Shown here: one piece after another, positions 1 through 10,590 of the stretch
Layout of the letters: each line of letters opens with the position of its first letter
Position numbering within the stretch: position 1 is the stretch's first letter
Source of the DNA: a virus
Lineage: Duplodnaviria; Caudoviricetes
Strand: one strand, 5' to 3'
Virus record (IMG/VR): IMGVR_UViG_3300006930_000015
Span: 1 to 44,526 of that record
Length of the DNA stretch: 44,526 nucleotides
Notes under the pieces: model-generated
The model's input: the letters and a program-made list of their open reading frames with translations, nothing else
What the model was told of the DNA's origin: nothing
The model's database searches: none
Translations under genes and position numbers: made by a program

Positions 1-38
1 AAAATAAATAATAGATTTTTAAAACAGGAGTATCCTAG

Positions 39-866
39 ATGAATAATTCCCCTACCGAGGGCGTTGAACAACTGCCAGCCTCAAATGAGCCTACTGGAAA
101 TACAGAAGTACAACTACAATCGGCGGAACAATCGAATCAGGACGCTAACTCTCGTGAGCAATCACAGGAGTCAGTATCAGACGACACCGCCAACCAAGAA
201 CAAAAACAAACACAACAAACAGGCGGTGAATCAAACACTGATGACGGTCTTGCTAAATTCGCTAAGTCTCAAGGCTTTGAACTTGAAACAGCAAGCGATG
301 ATATCAAACGATTACTTAAAGTAGCACATGACAACCAAAAAGCAGCACGTAGTAGTAAGCCTAGTAAAAGTATAGTAGACGCAACAGAGTCTCTAGGTGA
401 CGGAAGCTTACAAGCAGAAGTTGCACAACTTAAATATGACCGTAAAGTCGATAAATTTTGGTCTAACCAAAATCATGATAAGTCACTAGAGCCAGTAATG
501 ATTGAAATACTTAACGAGAAACAGGCTAATATGGAAGCAGAACTTGTATCTTCAATGGGTCTTGAAAAGGCTCAAGAAGCTGCAAAAAATTATGCATTTC
601 AGTTATCTCGTGACCTAGATACACTATACGGCTTTGCGCAACTAAAGAATGGTGCTAACAATAATGGAAACGTTGATGTCGAGGCAATTCGCCGAGAGGA
701 AAGGGAATCTATTAATCGTCAAATCGCAGGTGGTGCTCCACAAGCTCACGCCACTCAAAGTGGACCTGCAACAACTATTAAAGTAACTGCCGAATGGATT
801 AGGAATGAGTATAACTCTAAAAACCCTGAACATCGTGCATTAGTAGACGCATTCTACAAACAGTAG
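39..866 (+). CDS. capsid scaffolding protein
   Basis: Acidic, low-complexity N-terminus and helical C-terminus; AGGAG RBS; lies between portal (across the join) and MCP. Confidence 0.75.
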   Translation: MNNSPTEGVEQLPASNEPTGNTEVQLQSAEQSNQDANSREQSQESVSDDTANQEQKQTQQTGGESNTDDGLAKFAKSQGFELETASDDIKRLLKVAHDNQKAARSSKPSKSIVDATESLGDGSLQAEVAQLKYDRKVDKFWSNQNHDKSLEPVMIEILNEKQANMEAELVSSMGLEKAQEAAKNYAFQLSRDLDTLYGFAQLKNGANNNGNVDVEAIRREERESINRQIAGGAPQAHATQSGPATTIKVTAEWIRNEYNSKNPEHRALVDAFYKQ

Positions 867-907
867 AATAAGTAAATAAAAAACAATAAAAAGAAAGAAA
901 CATAAAA

Positions 908-1819
908 ATGCCAAATTATGTAACCCCAACCATTGGTCAAGGTTCTGCAGCTGACGCAGCTCACACTGACCGACTAGTACCAGAAATCTGGGCTAAAGAA
1001 ATCGCTGATAATCGTGTTGACAACCTTGTACTTTGGGCTTTGATTGATGGACGATACAGTTCAGAAATTAAAACTAAAGGTGATACTCTTCACATTCCAT
1101 TCCTATCGGAAATTACTGATGACACTTCAACTAACTCAAGTGTAACAAGTGCTTCGACTATTGACGCTCTTGATGCTACGTTGATGGAATTATACATCGA
1201 CCGCTATATCCGAAAGGCTCTAGGTGTTCAAGATGTTGCAGCTGCTCAATCAGCTTATGAACTACGCTCACCTTACGTTAGCCGACTTGGACGATTCCTT
1301 GACCGAGCTAAGGATGAGGAAATTCGCCGTAAAGCTACTGATGGTTCGACTGGTTTCAGCCACAGTGTAGCAGTAACTGGTAACACTAATACTACTATTG
1401 CTTTTGCTGATATCGTCAAAGCTGCTTCTTACCTAGACGCAAGTAATGTTCCTATGGAAAATCGTGTACTTGTTGTTAACGGTTATGGTCTTGCTGACTT
1501 ACGCCAAGTTGCAGAGTTCACACTTTACAACAACACTGGTGAGGCTGGTTTAGTTAAGAGCAAAACTGGTATCGTTGGTTCAATCTACGGTATGCCTGTT
1601 TATGTAACAAACGCTATTAGTGAAGCTGATGGTAAATATCAATTCTTGATGTTCCAAAAGGAAGCTATTATCGGTGCTACTCAAACTGTACCAAGTATCG
1701 AATCTGACCGAGACAAATTAATTGGTATTGACTACATTGTCGGTGCTGAATTGTTCGGTGTTAAGGTTCTACGACGTGACCATGGTGTAATTATCACACG
1801 TCCAGTAACTTCTGCTTAA
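908..1819 (+). CDS. major capsid protein (HK97 fold)
   Basis: 303 aa after scaffold; motifs VPEIWA, GDTLHIP, LDASNVP..NRVLVV, G.VGSIYGMPVYVTN, FGVKVLR; followed by a terminator. Confidence 0.88.
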   Translation: MPNYVTPTIGQGSAADAAHTDRLVPEIWAKEIADNRVDNLVLWALIDGRYSSEIKTKGDTLHIPFLSEITDDTSTNSSVTSASTIDALDATLMELYIDRYIRKALGVQDVAAAQSAYELRSPYVSRLGRFLDRAKDEEIRRKATDGSTGFSHSVAVTGNTNTTIAFADIVKAASYLDASNVPMENRVLVVNGYGLADLRQVAEFTLYNNTGEAGLVKSKTGIVGSIYGMPVYVTNAISEADGKYQFLMFQKEAIIGATQTVPSIESDRDKLIGIDYIVGAELFGVKVLRRDHGVIITRPVTSA

Positions 1820-1841
1820 TAAACAGAAAAACTAATATACT

Positions 1842-1876
1842 TGCCCATACTCTCTTTGTAGGGTGTGGGCATTTAT
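1842..1876 (+). terminator. Rho-independent terminator after MCP
   Basis: 12-bp stem TGCCCATACTCT / AGGGTGTGGGCA (with G-U pairs), 6-nt loop, then TTTATAA. Confidence 0.7.
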
Positions 1877-1905
1877 AATATTAAACCAAAACATAAAGGA
1901 AAATA

Positions 1906-2427
1906 ATGGCTGCCGAATTTATATTTCAAGAAGATAATGGTGCTGCAACAGGTTCTCCTGCTAAAGGCACAACAAGAACAACTACAACAAATGTTAACTG
2001 GAAATCAGTTGACGATACAACAACAGCAATTACAAGTGCTCAAATAGATGCTGGTAATAATAGCTTCTCTAAATATACATTTGGTAAGTTTACTGGCACA
2101 TTCACTAAAATAAACGGTGGTAAGTTTGCGCATACAGCGGGTAATCTACCAACTGGTGCGTATTTATACGGTAAAGTATCTAGTACATATCAAACACCAT
2201 CAATTAACACATTAACTGGATATACTGATATAAGTACACCAATTTTAATCGCAGATGGTGCGACAGTATTATATAGCACTACTGGACCAGAAGGCACAGT
2301 AACATCAACTGAACTCACAACTGCTGGATATACGCAATACTTAACAACTCAACTTATTACTACTGGCGCAACCCCAACTGGTCCGACAGACCCAATTACA
2401 CTTACACTAAGATACTCGGAGCAATAA
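1906..2427 (+). CDS. virion structural protein (Thr/Gly-rich beta protein)
   Basis: AAGGA RBS, position after MCP, composition. Confidence 0.55.
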   Translation: MAAEFIFQEDNGAATGSPAKGTTRTTTTNVNWKSVDDTTTAITSAQIDAGNNSFSKYTFGKFTGTFTKINGGKFAHTAGNLPTGAYLYGKVSSTYQTPSINTLTGYTDISTPILIADGATVLYSTTGPEGTVTSTELTTAGYTQYLTTQLITTGATPTGPTDPITLTLRYSEQ

Positions 2428-2428
2428 T

Positions 2429-2767
2429 ATGGAATATCTATGGACAGCAACGTTCGCAGATGGACACATTATAAAGCAACCAGAAGATGATAAATATAGT
2501 AAACATAATAGTGAGTTAGAACACAATCCATCAGCATTTCAAGATATATATGATTATCAAGAAACATCAACATTATATAAATTTACATTAAGTAATGGGA
2601 CTATCGAATATAGTATCTATTTAGACAATGATTCAGAGATTATTTATTACAGGAATATGGAATTAAAGTTTATTAATGGTATAGCAGATAGTAATAATGT
2701 TGTAAGTTATACAATAGGATATAAAAATAATAAAGAAGAAAAGGTAATAGAGATAAATGCACAATAA
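2429..2767 (+). CDS. hypothetical protein
   Basis: Tightly packed ORF in structural operon. Confidence 0.6.
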   Translation: MEYLWTATFADGHIIKQPEDDKYSKHNSELEHNPSAFQDIYDYQETSTLYKFTLSNGTIEYSIYLDNDSEIIYYRNMELKFINGIADSNNVVSYTIGYKNNKEEKVIEINAQ

Positions 2768-4538
2768 AAAGAATTTTGCTATTGGTTTAGTACAAACAGC
2801 ACCTAGTCCAGCATTATCTGGTACTTCTTTAATTTTATATGCAGGTCAAGGCGACCGTATGCCAGCTACTCCATTTTATGTTACTGTAGCTCCACAGGGT
2901 GTATTAACTTCACTAGATACTGCAGAAGTATTGGAAGTAACTAGTAGAACTGGTGATACATTAACGATTGTAAGGGCGCAGAAGGGCACTACAGCCAAAG
3001 AAATAGGTGTAGACTGGTTATTAGCTAATGGAATCTATACAGAGGACCTAGACGAATACGAACCGCTATTACCCGAGACTCCTACGTCCCCAGATACTAA
3101 ATACCTAAATGGCAATCGTCAATGGGCTCAAATAAGTTCATCAGTTAGTGGAAACGCTGCTAGTGTGTACATGACAAATTTAAACTCAACTATAGTAGGA
3201 ACATATAAACAGTCTAGTTCGTTAAACGATGCTACAGAAACGTTAGTATCAACTACGGCTAATAATAATGAAGTACTAGCTAAAACATATTTATTTGAAC
3301 AACCAGTTAATACTACATTAATTGACGCTGGTGTATGGAAAGCAACGATTACAGCAGTCATTGACTCTGCTATTGGAGACACAACATTAAAGTTTGAAAT
3401 GTTTAAACGTTCTGCAGTAGGAGTAGAGACTACATTATTCTCATCATATAGTCCAACTATAGAAAATACTGCGTATGACCGTATAATCATAGAAACATCA
3501 CAGCCTTCGTTTACAGTCGCAGAAACTGATAGATTAGGTACTCGGATTTATGTAAAGACTACAGTAGTTGGAAATAGAACGGTTACATACAAAGTTGGTG
3601 ATGGTAGTGCAAGTTTCTTTACAACACCACTAATCTTGAGACACGCACAATTACGTGATAAGAATGGTGAAACTGACGTACAACACGTTACAGCAGCCGA
3701 AAAAACTGCAATTACACACACTAATAGAAGTGCATTAGATAATGTATCTGGCACTAATACTGGCGACCAATATGCTGATGGCGTAACAATTACTGGCGAT
3801 GGTACATTAGCTGACCCATTTGTAGGTGTTGGTTCGAATGAACTTATTACAGATGAAACACCAACTGGCGATGTAAACGGTTCTAATTTAAACTTTACAG
3901 CATCACACGCATATACTCCTGGAACAATGCAGGTTTATATTAATGGTGTTAAACAGGTGCGTGGAACTCACTTTACAGAAGTAGGACCTGGGTATACAAT
4001 ATTTACAATGTCGGAAGCTCCTTTAGCTGGTGATGTTATTTCGATTAATTATCAGACAACAATTAGTACATCAGGTAATGCAGATACGGTAGATGGGTTT
4101 AACGCAAACTCAACGCCAACCGCTAATACAATACCAGTATTGGACGCAAATGGTAAAATGCCAGTTAGCACATTAGATGGTGGTCTTAAATCAAAGATAG
4201 TAGTATTCACACGTGACGCATCTGCTTCATCTGGCGATGTTTCATATACAGGGGTTGGATTTACTCCATCTAGTATAAAAGCGTTAATGAATGTTGATGG
4301 AGCATTATATAACTCCGATGGATTCTCTGATAGCTCAAAAACAAGTTATAGTACTTATACTGGTGCTGCTAATCAATTATGGCAATATGCTGCTATAATA
4401 ACTTATTCTAATAACGCATCATGGGGTCAATCAGCTATAGTTAAATCTTATGATTCTGATGGATTTACGCTTACATGGAATAAGGTAGGAACTCCAACTG
4501 CTGGAACACTAAAGATAATAGCTATTTGCTATAGATAG
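2757..4538 (+). CDS. tail fibre / modular virion appendage protein
   Basis: 593 aa, Thr/Ser/Gly-rich; modules EVLEVTSRTGDTLTIVRAQKGT, ETPTGDVNGSN..VYINGVKQ, NADTVDG and TGVGFTP typical of phage fibres. Confidence 0.7.
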   Translation: MHNKKNFAIGLVQTAPSPALSGTSLILYAGQGDRMPATPFYVTVAPQGVLTSLDTAEVLEVTSRTGDTLTIVRAQKGTTAKEIGVDWLLANGIYTEDLDEYEPLLPETPTSPDTKYLNGNRQWAQISSSVSGNAASVYMTNLNSTIVGTYKQSSSLNDATETLVSTTANNNEVLAKTYLFEQPVNTTLIDAGVWKATITAVIDSAIGDTTLKFEMFKRSAVGVETTLFSSYSPTIENTAYDRIIIETSQPSFTVAETDRLGTRIYVKTTVVGNRTVTYKVGDGSASFFTTPLILRHAQLRDKNGETDVQHVTAAEKTAITHTNRSALDNVSGTNTGDQYADGVTITGDGTLADPFVGVGSNELITDETPTGDVNGSNLNFTASHAYTPGTMQVYINGVKQVRGTHFTEVGPGYTIFTMSEAPLAGDVISINYQTTISTSGNADTVDGFNANSTPTANTIPVLDANGKMPVSTLDGGLKSKIVVFTRDASASSGDVSYTGVGFTPSSIKALMNVDGALYNSDGFSDSSKTSYSTYTGAANQLWQYAAIITYSNNASWGQSAIVKSYDSDGFTLTWNKVGTPTAGTLKIIAICYR

Positions 4539-4545
4539 GAATAAT

Positions 4546-5178
4546 ATGGCTAAACAAACAATAAACCAAACACAATTAAAAAATAACGATGGATGGCAAT
4601 TATGTCCTCAAACTGCGACATATGTTGACACTAATGCTATAAAATTTACTGGTACCACTATAGATGGAACTATATCAAATGGAATGAAACTTAAATTAAC
4701 TAACAATAGTACTGTTAAATATTATTCTATAACTACAGTTACTACAGCTCAAGGTTCTGATAGAGCCTTCTTAATTAGTGGTCCAGTACCATTGGTTAGC
4801 GGTTCCATAACAAATCTTTACTTCTCTACAGAGGACCATCCATACGGATTCCCATATGAGATACCACAACAGGCATGGCAAGCACCAACATTACTAAATA
4901 ACTGGGTAAATTATGATACTAACACATTTGCTGGAGCTGGGTATATGAAAGATAGTATGGGATTTGTGCATATACAAGGTTTAGTAAAATCTGGAACTGT
5001 TAACGCAACTGTGTTTAACCTGCCTGCTGGGTATAGACCTTTAAAGGCTCACAGTTTTGTGCAGAACTCTAATAGTGCATTCGGAACAATGAATGTTACT
5101 GGGGCTGGCAATGTAGATATAATCGCAGGTAGTAATGTTTTCTTTTACTTAGATTGTTCATTTAGGGCTGAACAGTAG
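4546..5178 (+). CDS. tail fibre / receptor-binding protein
   Basis: C-terminal WQAPTLLNNWVNY..GYMKD..GFVHIQG..VFNLPAGYRP domain common at phage fibre tips. Confidence 0.7.
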   Translation: MAKQTINQTQLKNNDGWQLCPQTATYVDTNAIKFTGTTIDGTISNGMKLKLTNNSTVKYYSITTVTTAQGSDRAFLISGPVPLVSGSITNLYFSTEDHPYGFPYEIPQQAWQAPTLLNNWVNYDTNTFAGAGYMKDSMGFVHIQGLVKSGTVNATVFNLPAGYRPLKAHSFVQNSNSAFGTMNVTGAGNVDIIAGSNVFFYLDCSFRAEQ

Positions 5179-5185
5179 GTAATAT

Positions 5186-5599
5186 ATGTCATTTATAAAC
5201 TTTGGATTCGGAGGTGGAAACTGGGGTGTAACATTCTGGGCTGGTACTCAATTAAACTCTGAATCTAATAATAAAGATAAATTAATATCTGGTCAAGCAA
5301 ATATACGTGGACAAGTTTCACGAACAATTACTGGTCAGGCATTAATAAAACAGTTCATAGTTAAGGATATAATCGGCACAGCATCAGTTAAAAAAGATTA
5401 TATCAAAGATATATATGGTGAATCATTAATTATTAGATTAACACCAAATGATTTAGTTGGTATAGCGTATATATATAATGACTTAATAGGTTCAGGGTTA
5501 TATAAACCTGCATTTAATAATACTGGAACATTACAAGCAATAACATTAGAAGATGCTGGATTATATAAACCAGTAGGAATAGAAAAAGGTAAATATTAA
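5186..5599 (+). CDS. hypothetical virion-associated protein
   Basis: In structural operon; short internal repeats (I.G.A, GLYKP twice). Confidence 0.55.
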   Translation: MSFINFGFGGGNWGVTFWAGTQLNSESNNKDKLISGQANIRGQVSRTITGQALIKQFIVKDIIGTASVKKDYIKDIYGESLIIRLTPNDLVGIAYIYNDLIGSGLYKPAFNNTGTLQAITLEDAGLYKPVGIEKGKY

Positions 5600-5600
5600 T

Positions 5601-6245
5601 ATGGGATACACTTTAGCAGATATACGTAATAGAGTTCAAGTAGATAAACTTGATGATGAAGAATATAGTTCATCTATTATAGATAACTTTATTAACGATA
5701 CACAACGAGACATTTTCAATGAGTGCGAACTTCCTTTTATGGAGAAGATTTTTAGTGGTACTATTCCAGTAGGTTCTACTATATTTGCCTTTCCAACCGA
5801 TTTAGCGCAACCACAATCTATGGTTGTAGTATCTCCAACTGGAGTTGCTCGTGATATAGAATCTGGTGAAATGGAATTTAGAGACTTTAATAGAGCTTAT
5901 CCAGTGCCTACAATTAATACACCATCTGAAATACGTAACTGGACATTATATGGTGGCAAGATGCTATTATCAGCTCCTACTGATGTTGAATACATATTAA
6001 GCACTTTCTATATTAAGAAACCAGTATTACTGTCTAGCGATACAGACGTACCAGAGCTGCCAGAAGAGTTTGAAGAATTATTAGTATTAGGTGCTTATAA
6101 ACGAGTGTTAGAACGAGATGGGGATTTTGACTTAGCAGCTTCTATTAATGTAGAATATAATAACCTATTAACACTGCTAATTAGTAGATATGGATTCCGT
6201 AAAAATGGTCCAATTAAAATGAAAAATATGCAAAGAAGGGTATAA
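5601..6245 (+). CDS. head-tail adaptor (tail tubular protein A / P22 gp4-like)
   Basis: TLADIRNRV..IIDNFIND N-terminus, DVPELPEEFEELLVLGA C-terminal motif; precedes nozzle gene. Confidence 0.7.
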   Translation: MGYTLADIRNRVQVDKLDDEEYSSSIIDNFINDTQRDIFNECELPFMEKIFSGTIPVGSTIFAFPTDLAQPQSMVVVSPTGVARDIESGEMEFRDFNRAYPVPTINTPSEIRNWTLYGGKMLLSAPTDVEYILSTFYIKKPVLLSSDTDVPELPEEFEELLVLGAYKRVLERDGDFDLAASINVEYNNLLTLLISRYGFRKNGPIKMKNMQRRV

Positions 6246-6248
6246 TAC

Positions 6249-8651
6249 ATGGCAACAACTAAATTAAGTACATCACGTGGCTTAACTACATCGTCAATAT
6301 TAAACCTTAAAGGGTTAGACTTAACTACACCAGTAGACTTAATGAACTCTGATGGTCGTACTCCTTTTGCTAAGAATTTTAGGTTATACGCACAACAAGC
6401 AGATGATAGACGTGTAGCTGTAAGTTCACGTAAAGGTCCTGGATTCTATACCACTCCACTTAATGAGACACTATTGCTAGAAAATACTTCTACTACTGAT
6501 GCATCAACAACAGAGGTTGGAACTATTATAGGACAACATGCGCAACCTTTTACTGCTACATCGAACGATATGGTAACTCGTATTGACATAAATGTGGCAG
6601 ATACGTTAGGTGGTTCTGGTCCATTATTAGTACAAATATATGACGATAATAATGATAAGCCATATAAACTATTGTCTACATCATCTATATCTAGTGGTGA
6701 TATTGGAACTATGGGATATAAAACAGCTAGGTTTATCAAGCCAGTTAAATTAACTAGTACTAATAAATACTGGATTGTATTATTACAACAAGATGACGGT
6801 ACTGGTTCATACACGCTATCGACAACGACTACAGGTACTAAAGCATATAAATCAGACTCAATCATAACTAACAGCGTAGAACAAACTTACTCACTTAATT
6901 ATAAGATATATACAACATTAAATATAGTTGATAAAGGGTCTTATAGGTTCAATCGTGATAATGGCTTAAACACAACATTGGTTGCTTATGGTCAAGATAT
7001 GTATTATGTAGATGAATCAACAGATACATTAATAAGTTTCATAACAGGTCTTAGCTCAAATGCTTCTGAGTATAGCTTTACTAATGGAGACAATAGAGTA
7101 TTCTGGGTAAACGGATACGACCAGTTAACTTCATGGGACGGTACTAAAATACCAGATAGAATTAATAAAGTAACTAATGGAACTTTTGAGAGCAGTACTA
7201 CTGGATGGACTGCTGTAGACTCTAGTACACTATTAAGAGACAGCACTTTTAAACATAGTGGCACATATTCATTATCGGTAACTAAGGCTTCTGGTAATAG
7301 GATAACTGACGGTGCATTATCTACTGAAATTAATAAAGTATATGATGTAGATTTCTGGTTATATAGCCAATCTGCAACTACGGTAAGTTCATATTTAAGA
7401 GATGCAGTAAATGCTGATATACTTATAGAAACTACTACAGTACCAGCTAATACGTGGACTCATGTAGTTAAACGTATGACAGCAACAAGGGCAAATACAT
7501 TAATAAGGTTTTCTTCACCAGCTAATTTCTATATAGATGATGTATGTGTATATGATTCTGGTATTGAATATATTATTGACACTGAATTGCCTATATTATC
7601 ACAAGTTACTATGCATAAGAATAGGCTGATGGGCGTAACTGCTACAGACCCTAATAAACTTGTATTTTCAGAAGAACCAGGGAATCCTAGTAATAATCCA
7701 GTTAATCAACAATGGTATAGGGCATGGCTATCAGTTTCATTCATATATGTACCTAGACCTCATAATGGCTCTCCTATAACGAGTATAAGTTCTTTTCAGG
7801 ACTCTTTACATATAACCACACAAGATATGAAGTATGTACTTTCTGGCTATGACAGAGGCTCATACACACTAAGAGAGGCTACTGGTAGTAAAGGTGCATT
7901 GTCTATGCGTGGTGTAACTAGCGATGAGAATAGGATATACTTTGTAGGTAGTGATGGTCTTTATGAGTTTAACGGGTCACAAGATACTAAAATATCAGAT
8001 AGAATCAATCCACTATTTGACGCTTGTACATCTAAGGAAAATATAACACCAGTTATATGGAGAAATGAAGTAAGATTCTATATGGCGTCAGAATTTAGTA
8101 CAGTTAATGATTGTTGTGTTATTTACAACAAAGATTTAAAGGAGTGGCAATATGATACAGACAACTACATCAATAGAGCAGTAAATTATAATGATGCAGA
8201 TGATAATGACGAATTAATTGAATTTAGTTCATTAGCACCAATGCTAGTAAATGCAGAACAAGACTATAATTCACTAGGCGCACCAATAGACTTTGAATAT
8301 AGGCTAAACTATATGTCAATGGACACACCAGCTCAAAAGAAACACATTAAAAAATATTTCCCACTATTACAGGCAACTGACAGTACATTTAAATTACAAC
8401 TTGCTATGGACAAAGATTTTGAAGATAGTCCACGTATAAAAGATGTATTATTAGTTACAAATGGTAATAAATGGGGAGAATTTGATTGGACAGATGGAAC
8501 ATTATATGGTGCTGAAAGTTCATTTAAACAACATAAACAGACTTTCTCTGGATATGCATACTACTGGCAATTAAGAATTATGCGCAAAGGTATAAATAAT
8601 AGAGTAGCGTTCATAGGTGCTGAGTTTAGTTATAAGACGAAACGTCTTTAG
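6249..8651 (+). CDS. tail nozzle / DNA stabilisation protein (tail tubular B / P22 gp10-like) with inserted beta-sandwich domains
   Basis: 800 aa; N-terminal KGLD..NF..SRKG; propeller-like C-terminal part (HKNRL, IYFVGSDGLYEFNG, KISDRINP); CBM4/9-like insert NGTFES..GW..YIDDV. Confidence 0.72.
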   Translation: MATTKLSTSRGLTTSSILNLKGLDLTTPVDLMNSDGRTPFAKNFRLYAQQADDRRVAVSSRKGPGFYTTPLNETLLLENTSTTDASTTEVGTIIGQHAQPFTATSNDMVTRIDINVADTLGGSGPLLVQIYDDNNDKPYKLLSTSSISSGDIGTMGYKTARFIKPVKLTSTNKYWIVLLQQDDGTGSYTLSTTTTGTKAYKSDSIITNSVEQTYSLNYKIYTTLNIVDKGSYRFNRDNGLNTTLVAYGQDMYYVDESTDTLISFITGLSSNASEYSFTNGDNRVFWVNGYDQLTSWDGTKIPDRINKVTNGTFESSTTGWTAVDSSTLLRDSTFKHSGTYSLSVTKASGNRITDGALSTEINKVYDVDFWLYSQSATTVSSYLRDAVNADILIETTTVPANTWTHVVKRMTATRANTLIRFSSPANFYIDDVCVYDSGIEYIIDTELPILSQVTMHKNRLMGVTATDPNKLVFSEEPGNPSNNPVNQQWYRAWLSVSFIYVPRPHNGSPITSISSFQDSLHITTQDMKYVLSGYDRGSYTLREATGSKGALSMRGVTSDENRIYFVGSDGLYEFNGSQDTKISDRINPLFDACTSKENITPVIWRNEVRFYMASEFSTVNDCCVIYNKDLKEWQYDTDNYINRAVNYNDADDNDELIEFSSLAPMLVNAEQDYNSLGAPIDFEYRLNYMSMDTPAQKKHIKKYFPLLQATDSTFKLQLAMDKDFEDSPRIKDVLLVTNGNKWGEFDWTDGTLYGAESSFKQHKQTFSGYAYYWQLRIMRKGINNRVAFIGAEFSYKTKRL

Positions 8652-8707
8652 AGACGTGACTAGAAACGTTTATAAAATATAAATAGAAACGATTATAAAG
8701 GATATAT

Positions 8708-9208
8708 ATGGGTATAATAAGTATAACACCAATAGAAGATAACACACCAGCGTCAGCAAACTCAATTAATGAACCAATCGGTAAAATAGTAGCAGAGCTT
8801 AATGGTAATATTGATACTGCTAACTTAAAAAACAGCGGAGTAACACGAGATAAATTAGCTGCTAATTCAGTAACTAGTGATAAATTAAATTTTACTAAAA
8901 CTATTGATGACAATGGTTGGACAGTGTATGACTATGGAACATGGAAACAGTACTGTAAGAAAGGTCAAGTATCAGTATCAGTAGGAGCAAAGTTGTTTAA
9001 CATAGCTGGAGACACTGGTAATCTTCCAGTAGGATTAACTACAGTTGGAGACTCACACGTTAGCGGAATTTTTGGTACAGCTAGTGCAGCTATTACTGGA
9101 ACAATATTTGCAGCTCCAACAAGTAACAAAGTACAATTTATAGTATCTAATCAATATACAGAAACTATTAGTATTCTTGGATATTGGGATATAACGATAG
9201 TAGCGTAG
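8708..9208 (+). CDS. tail-associated protein (short fibre-like)
   Basis: IDTANL / VTRDKL / VTSDKL shaft repeats followed by DDNGWTVYDYG head. Confidence 0.55.
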   Translation: MGIISITPIEDNTPASANSINEPIGKIVAELNGNIDTANLKNSGVTRDKLAANSVTSDKLNFTKTIDDNGWTVYDYGTWKQYCKKGQVSVSVGAKLFNIAGDTGNLPVGLTTVGDSHVSGIFGTASAAITGTIFAAPTSNKVQFIVSNQYTETISILGYWDITIVA

Positions 9209-9209
9209 T

Positions 9210-9431
9210 ATGGCTATTTCTCCAATTCAATTAACTCCAGGAATGGATAATGGTACTATGGTATCTTCGATTAATAATAATTTCCAACAGATTGAATCGG
9301 AGAATCGTACTAAGGTTATAAAAGATGAGAATGGTGATAGTAGGATTATAATTGGTAAGTTTCCAGATGGAACGTACGGAATAATAATAAGTAAACCAGG
9401 AATAGATGTTAATTCATTATTCACGAGTTAA
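9210..9431 (+). CDS. small tail protein
   Basis: INNNF motif and RIIIGK..DGTYG..ISKPGIDV motif seen in phage tail proteins. Confidence 0.55.
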   Translation: MAISPIQLTPGMDNGTMVSSINNNFQQIESENRTKVIKDENGDSRIIIGKFPDGTYGIIISKPGIDVNSLFTS

Positions 9432-9433
9432 TT

Positions 9434-10108
9434 ATGGATATATCTAAAATAATATTCTCATCTAATATACCTATTGACAAAATAATAGCTACATATACAG
9501 GTAGTTTTACAGCCACTATATCTCCAAGAAATGTAATACATCCAATACCAACAAACATAAATGATACAACATATTTCCAAGGTATATTTTCAATAGACAA
9601 TGGAACAACATGGAATGACTTTGGCACTACAGAACCTATACAGGTTTTTGGAATGTCACAGTCTGGGGTATTTAATGTTATATCAAGGAATAAACTATTT
9701 GGAGGTTCTCAGTATACTGTATTGTATAAAGTAGTATTAATAGCTAAACCTACACAAGGTATAATACCAATACAAGATATAGGTACTAATACTTACTTCA
9801 ATTCTAATTTAAACTATCAGAAGATATTATCAGATACTACGCAAAACTTTTCAGTTAGTTCTGGCGGTAGTACGATACTTACATTTGACCATGACTTAGG
9901 ATATGTTCCAAAAATAAGACCATTCGTGTATACGTCAAATTTAACTGATTATGGAACTGGTATGTATGAATATTGTACACTACAAACTAATATAGCTGAC
10001 ACAGTTGGTATAAGAGTTACCACAACTAAAGTATATGTAGATATAGATAACACACCATACTCAAATACGTTATCTGGAATTATAGGAATGAGGATATATT
10101 ATGACTAG
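9434..10108 (+). CDS. hypothetical tail protein
   Basis: FNSNLNYQKI and HDLGYVP motifs; operon position. Confidence 0.55.
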   Translation: MDISKIIFSSNIPIDKIIATYTGSFTATISPRNVIHPIPTNINDTTYFQGIFSIDNGTTWNDFGTTEPIQVFGMSQSGVFNVISRNKLFGGSQYTVLYKVVLIAKPTQGIIPIQDIGTNTYFNSNLNYQKILSDTTQNFSVSSGGSTILTFDHDLGYVPKIRPFVYTSNLTDYGTGMYEYCTLQTNIADTVGIRVTTTKVYVDIDNTPYSNTLSGIIGMRIYYD

Positions 10109-10505
10109 TATAGATTTAAGTAAAGTTATATTTTGTAGTATATTTGGTGGACTTGGCAACACAGAGCATAAAACATTTTCGCAAGTTATTAATAGTCAAA
10201 CATTAAATCAATTTGGTTCAGTGTCAGTAGTTAGGTCAATAGACATATCTAATATAGACTCATTAAGTATGTTAATGGTTAATCTAGGTGGTTTAGAGAG
10301 TGAATGGAGACCAGTAAATGGGTATATATATATTAAAAAACCTTCCAACTCAAATGCTACATATTTAGTATCTGTTAATAAATATTTTGCTAATGGTAAA
10401 TTAAATATATTATGCAAAGTTGACAGCTTACAGTTTGACCCTGTGACAATACCAACAATAACATTTAACTTTGATGCAAATATATATAATGCTCCATTCA
10501 ATTAA
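10101..10505 (+). CDS. hypothetical tail protein
   Basis: N-terminus (DLSKVIF) similar to preceding gene (DISKIIF); overlapping start. Confidence 0.5.
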   Translation: MTSIDLSKVIFCSIFGGLGNTEHKTFSQVINSQTLNQFGSVSVVRSIDISNIDSLSMLMVNLGGLESEWRPVNGYIYIKKPSNSNATYLVSVNKYFANGKLNILCKVDSLQFDPVTIPTITFNFDANIYNAPFN

Positions 10506-10533
10506 ATACTTTTAATTATAAAGCAAAATAGTA

Positions 10534-10562
10534 TTGACAAAATAGAAAAAGTATGATATAGT
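10534..10562 (+). promoter_or_regulatory. sigma70-type promoter (rightward class)
   Basis: TTGACA-N17-TATAGT with extended -10 TG; shares AAAGTATG(A/T)TATAGT with promoters at 30701 and 39700. Confidence 0.8.
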
Positions 10563-10590
10563 AATAACATAAACATAAAGGTAAATAAGA

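Noticed and set aside
2757-10505. Diversity-generating retroelement targeting fibre genes
   Set aside because: No reverse transcriptase and no TR/VR pair noticed
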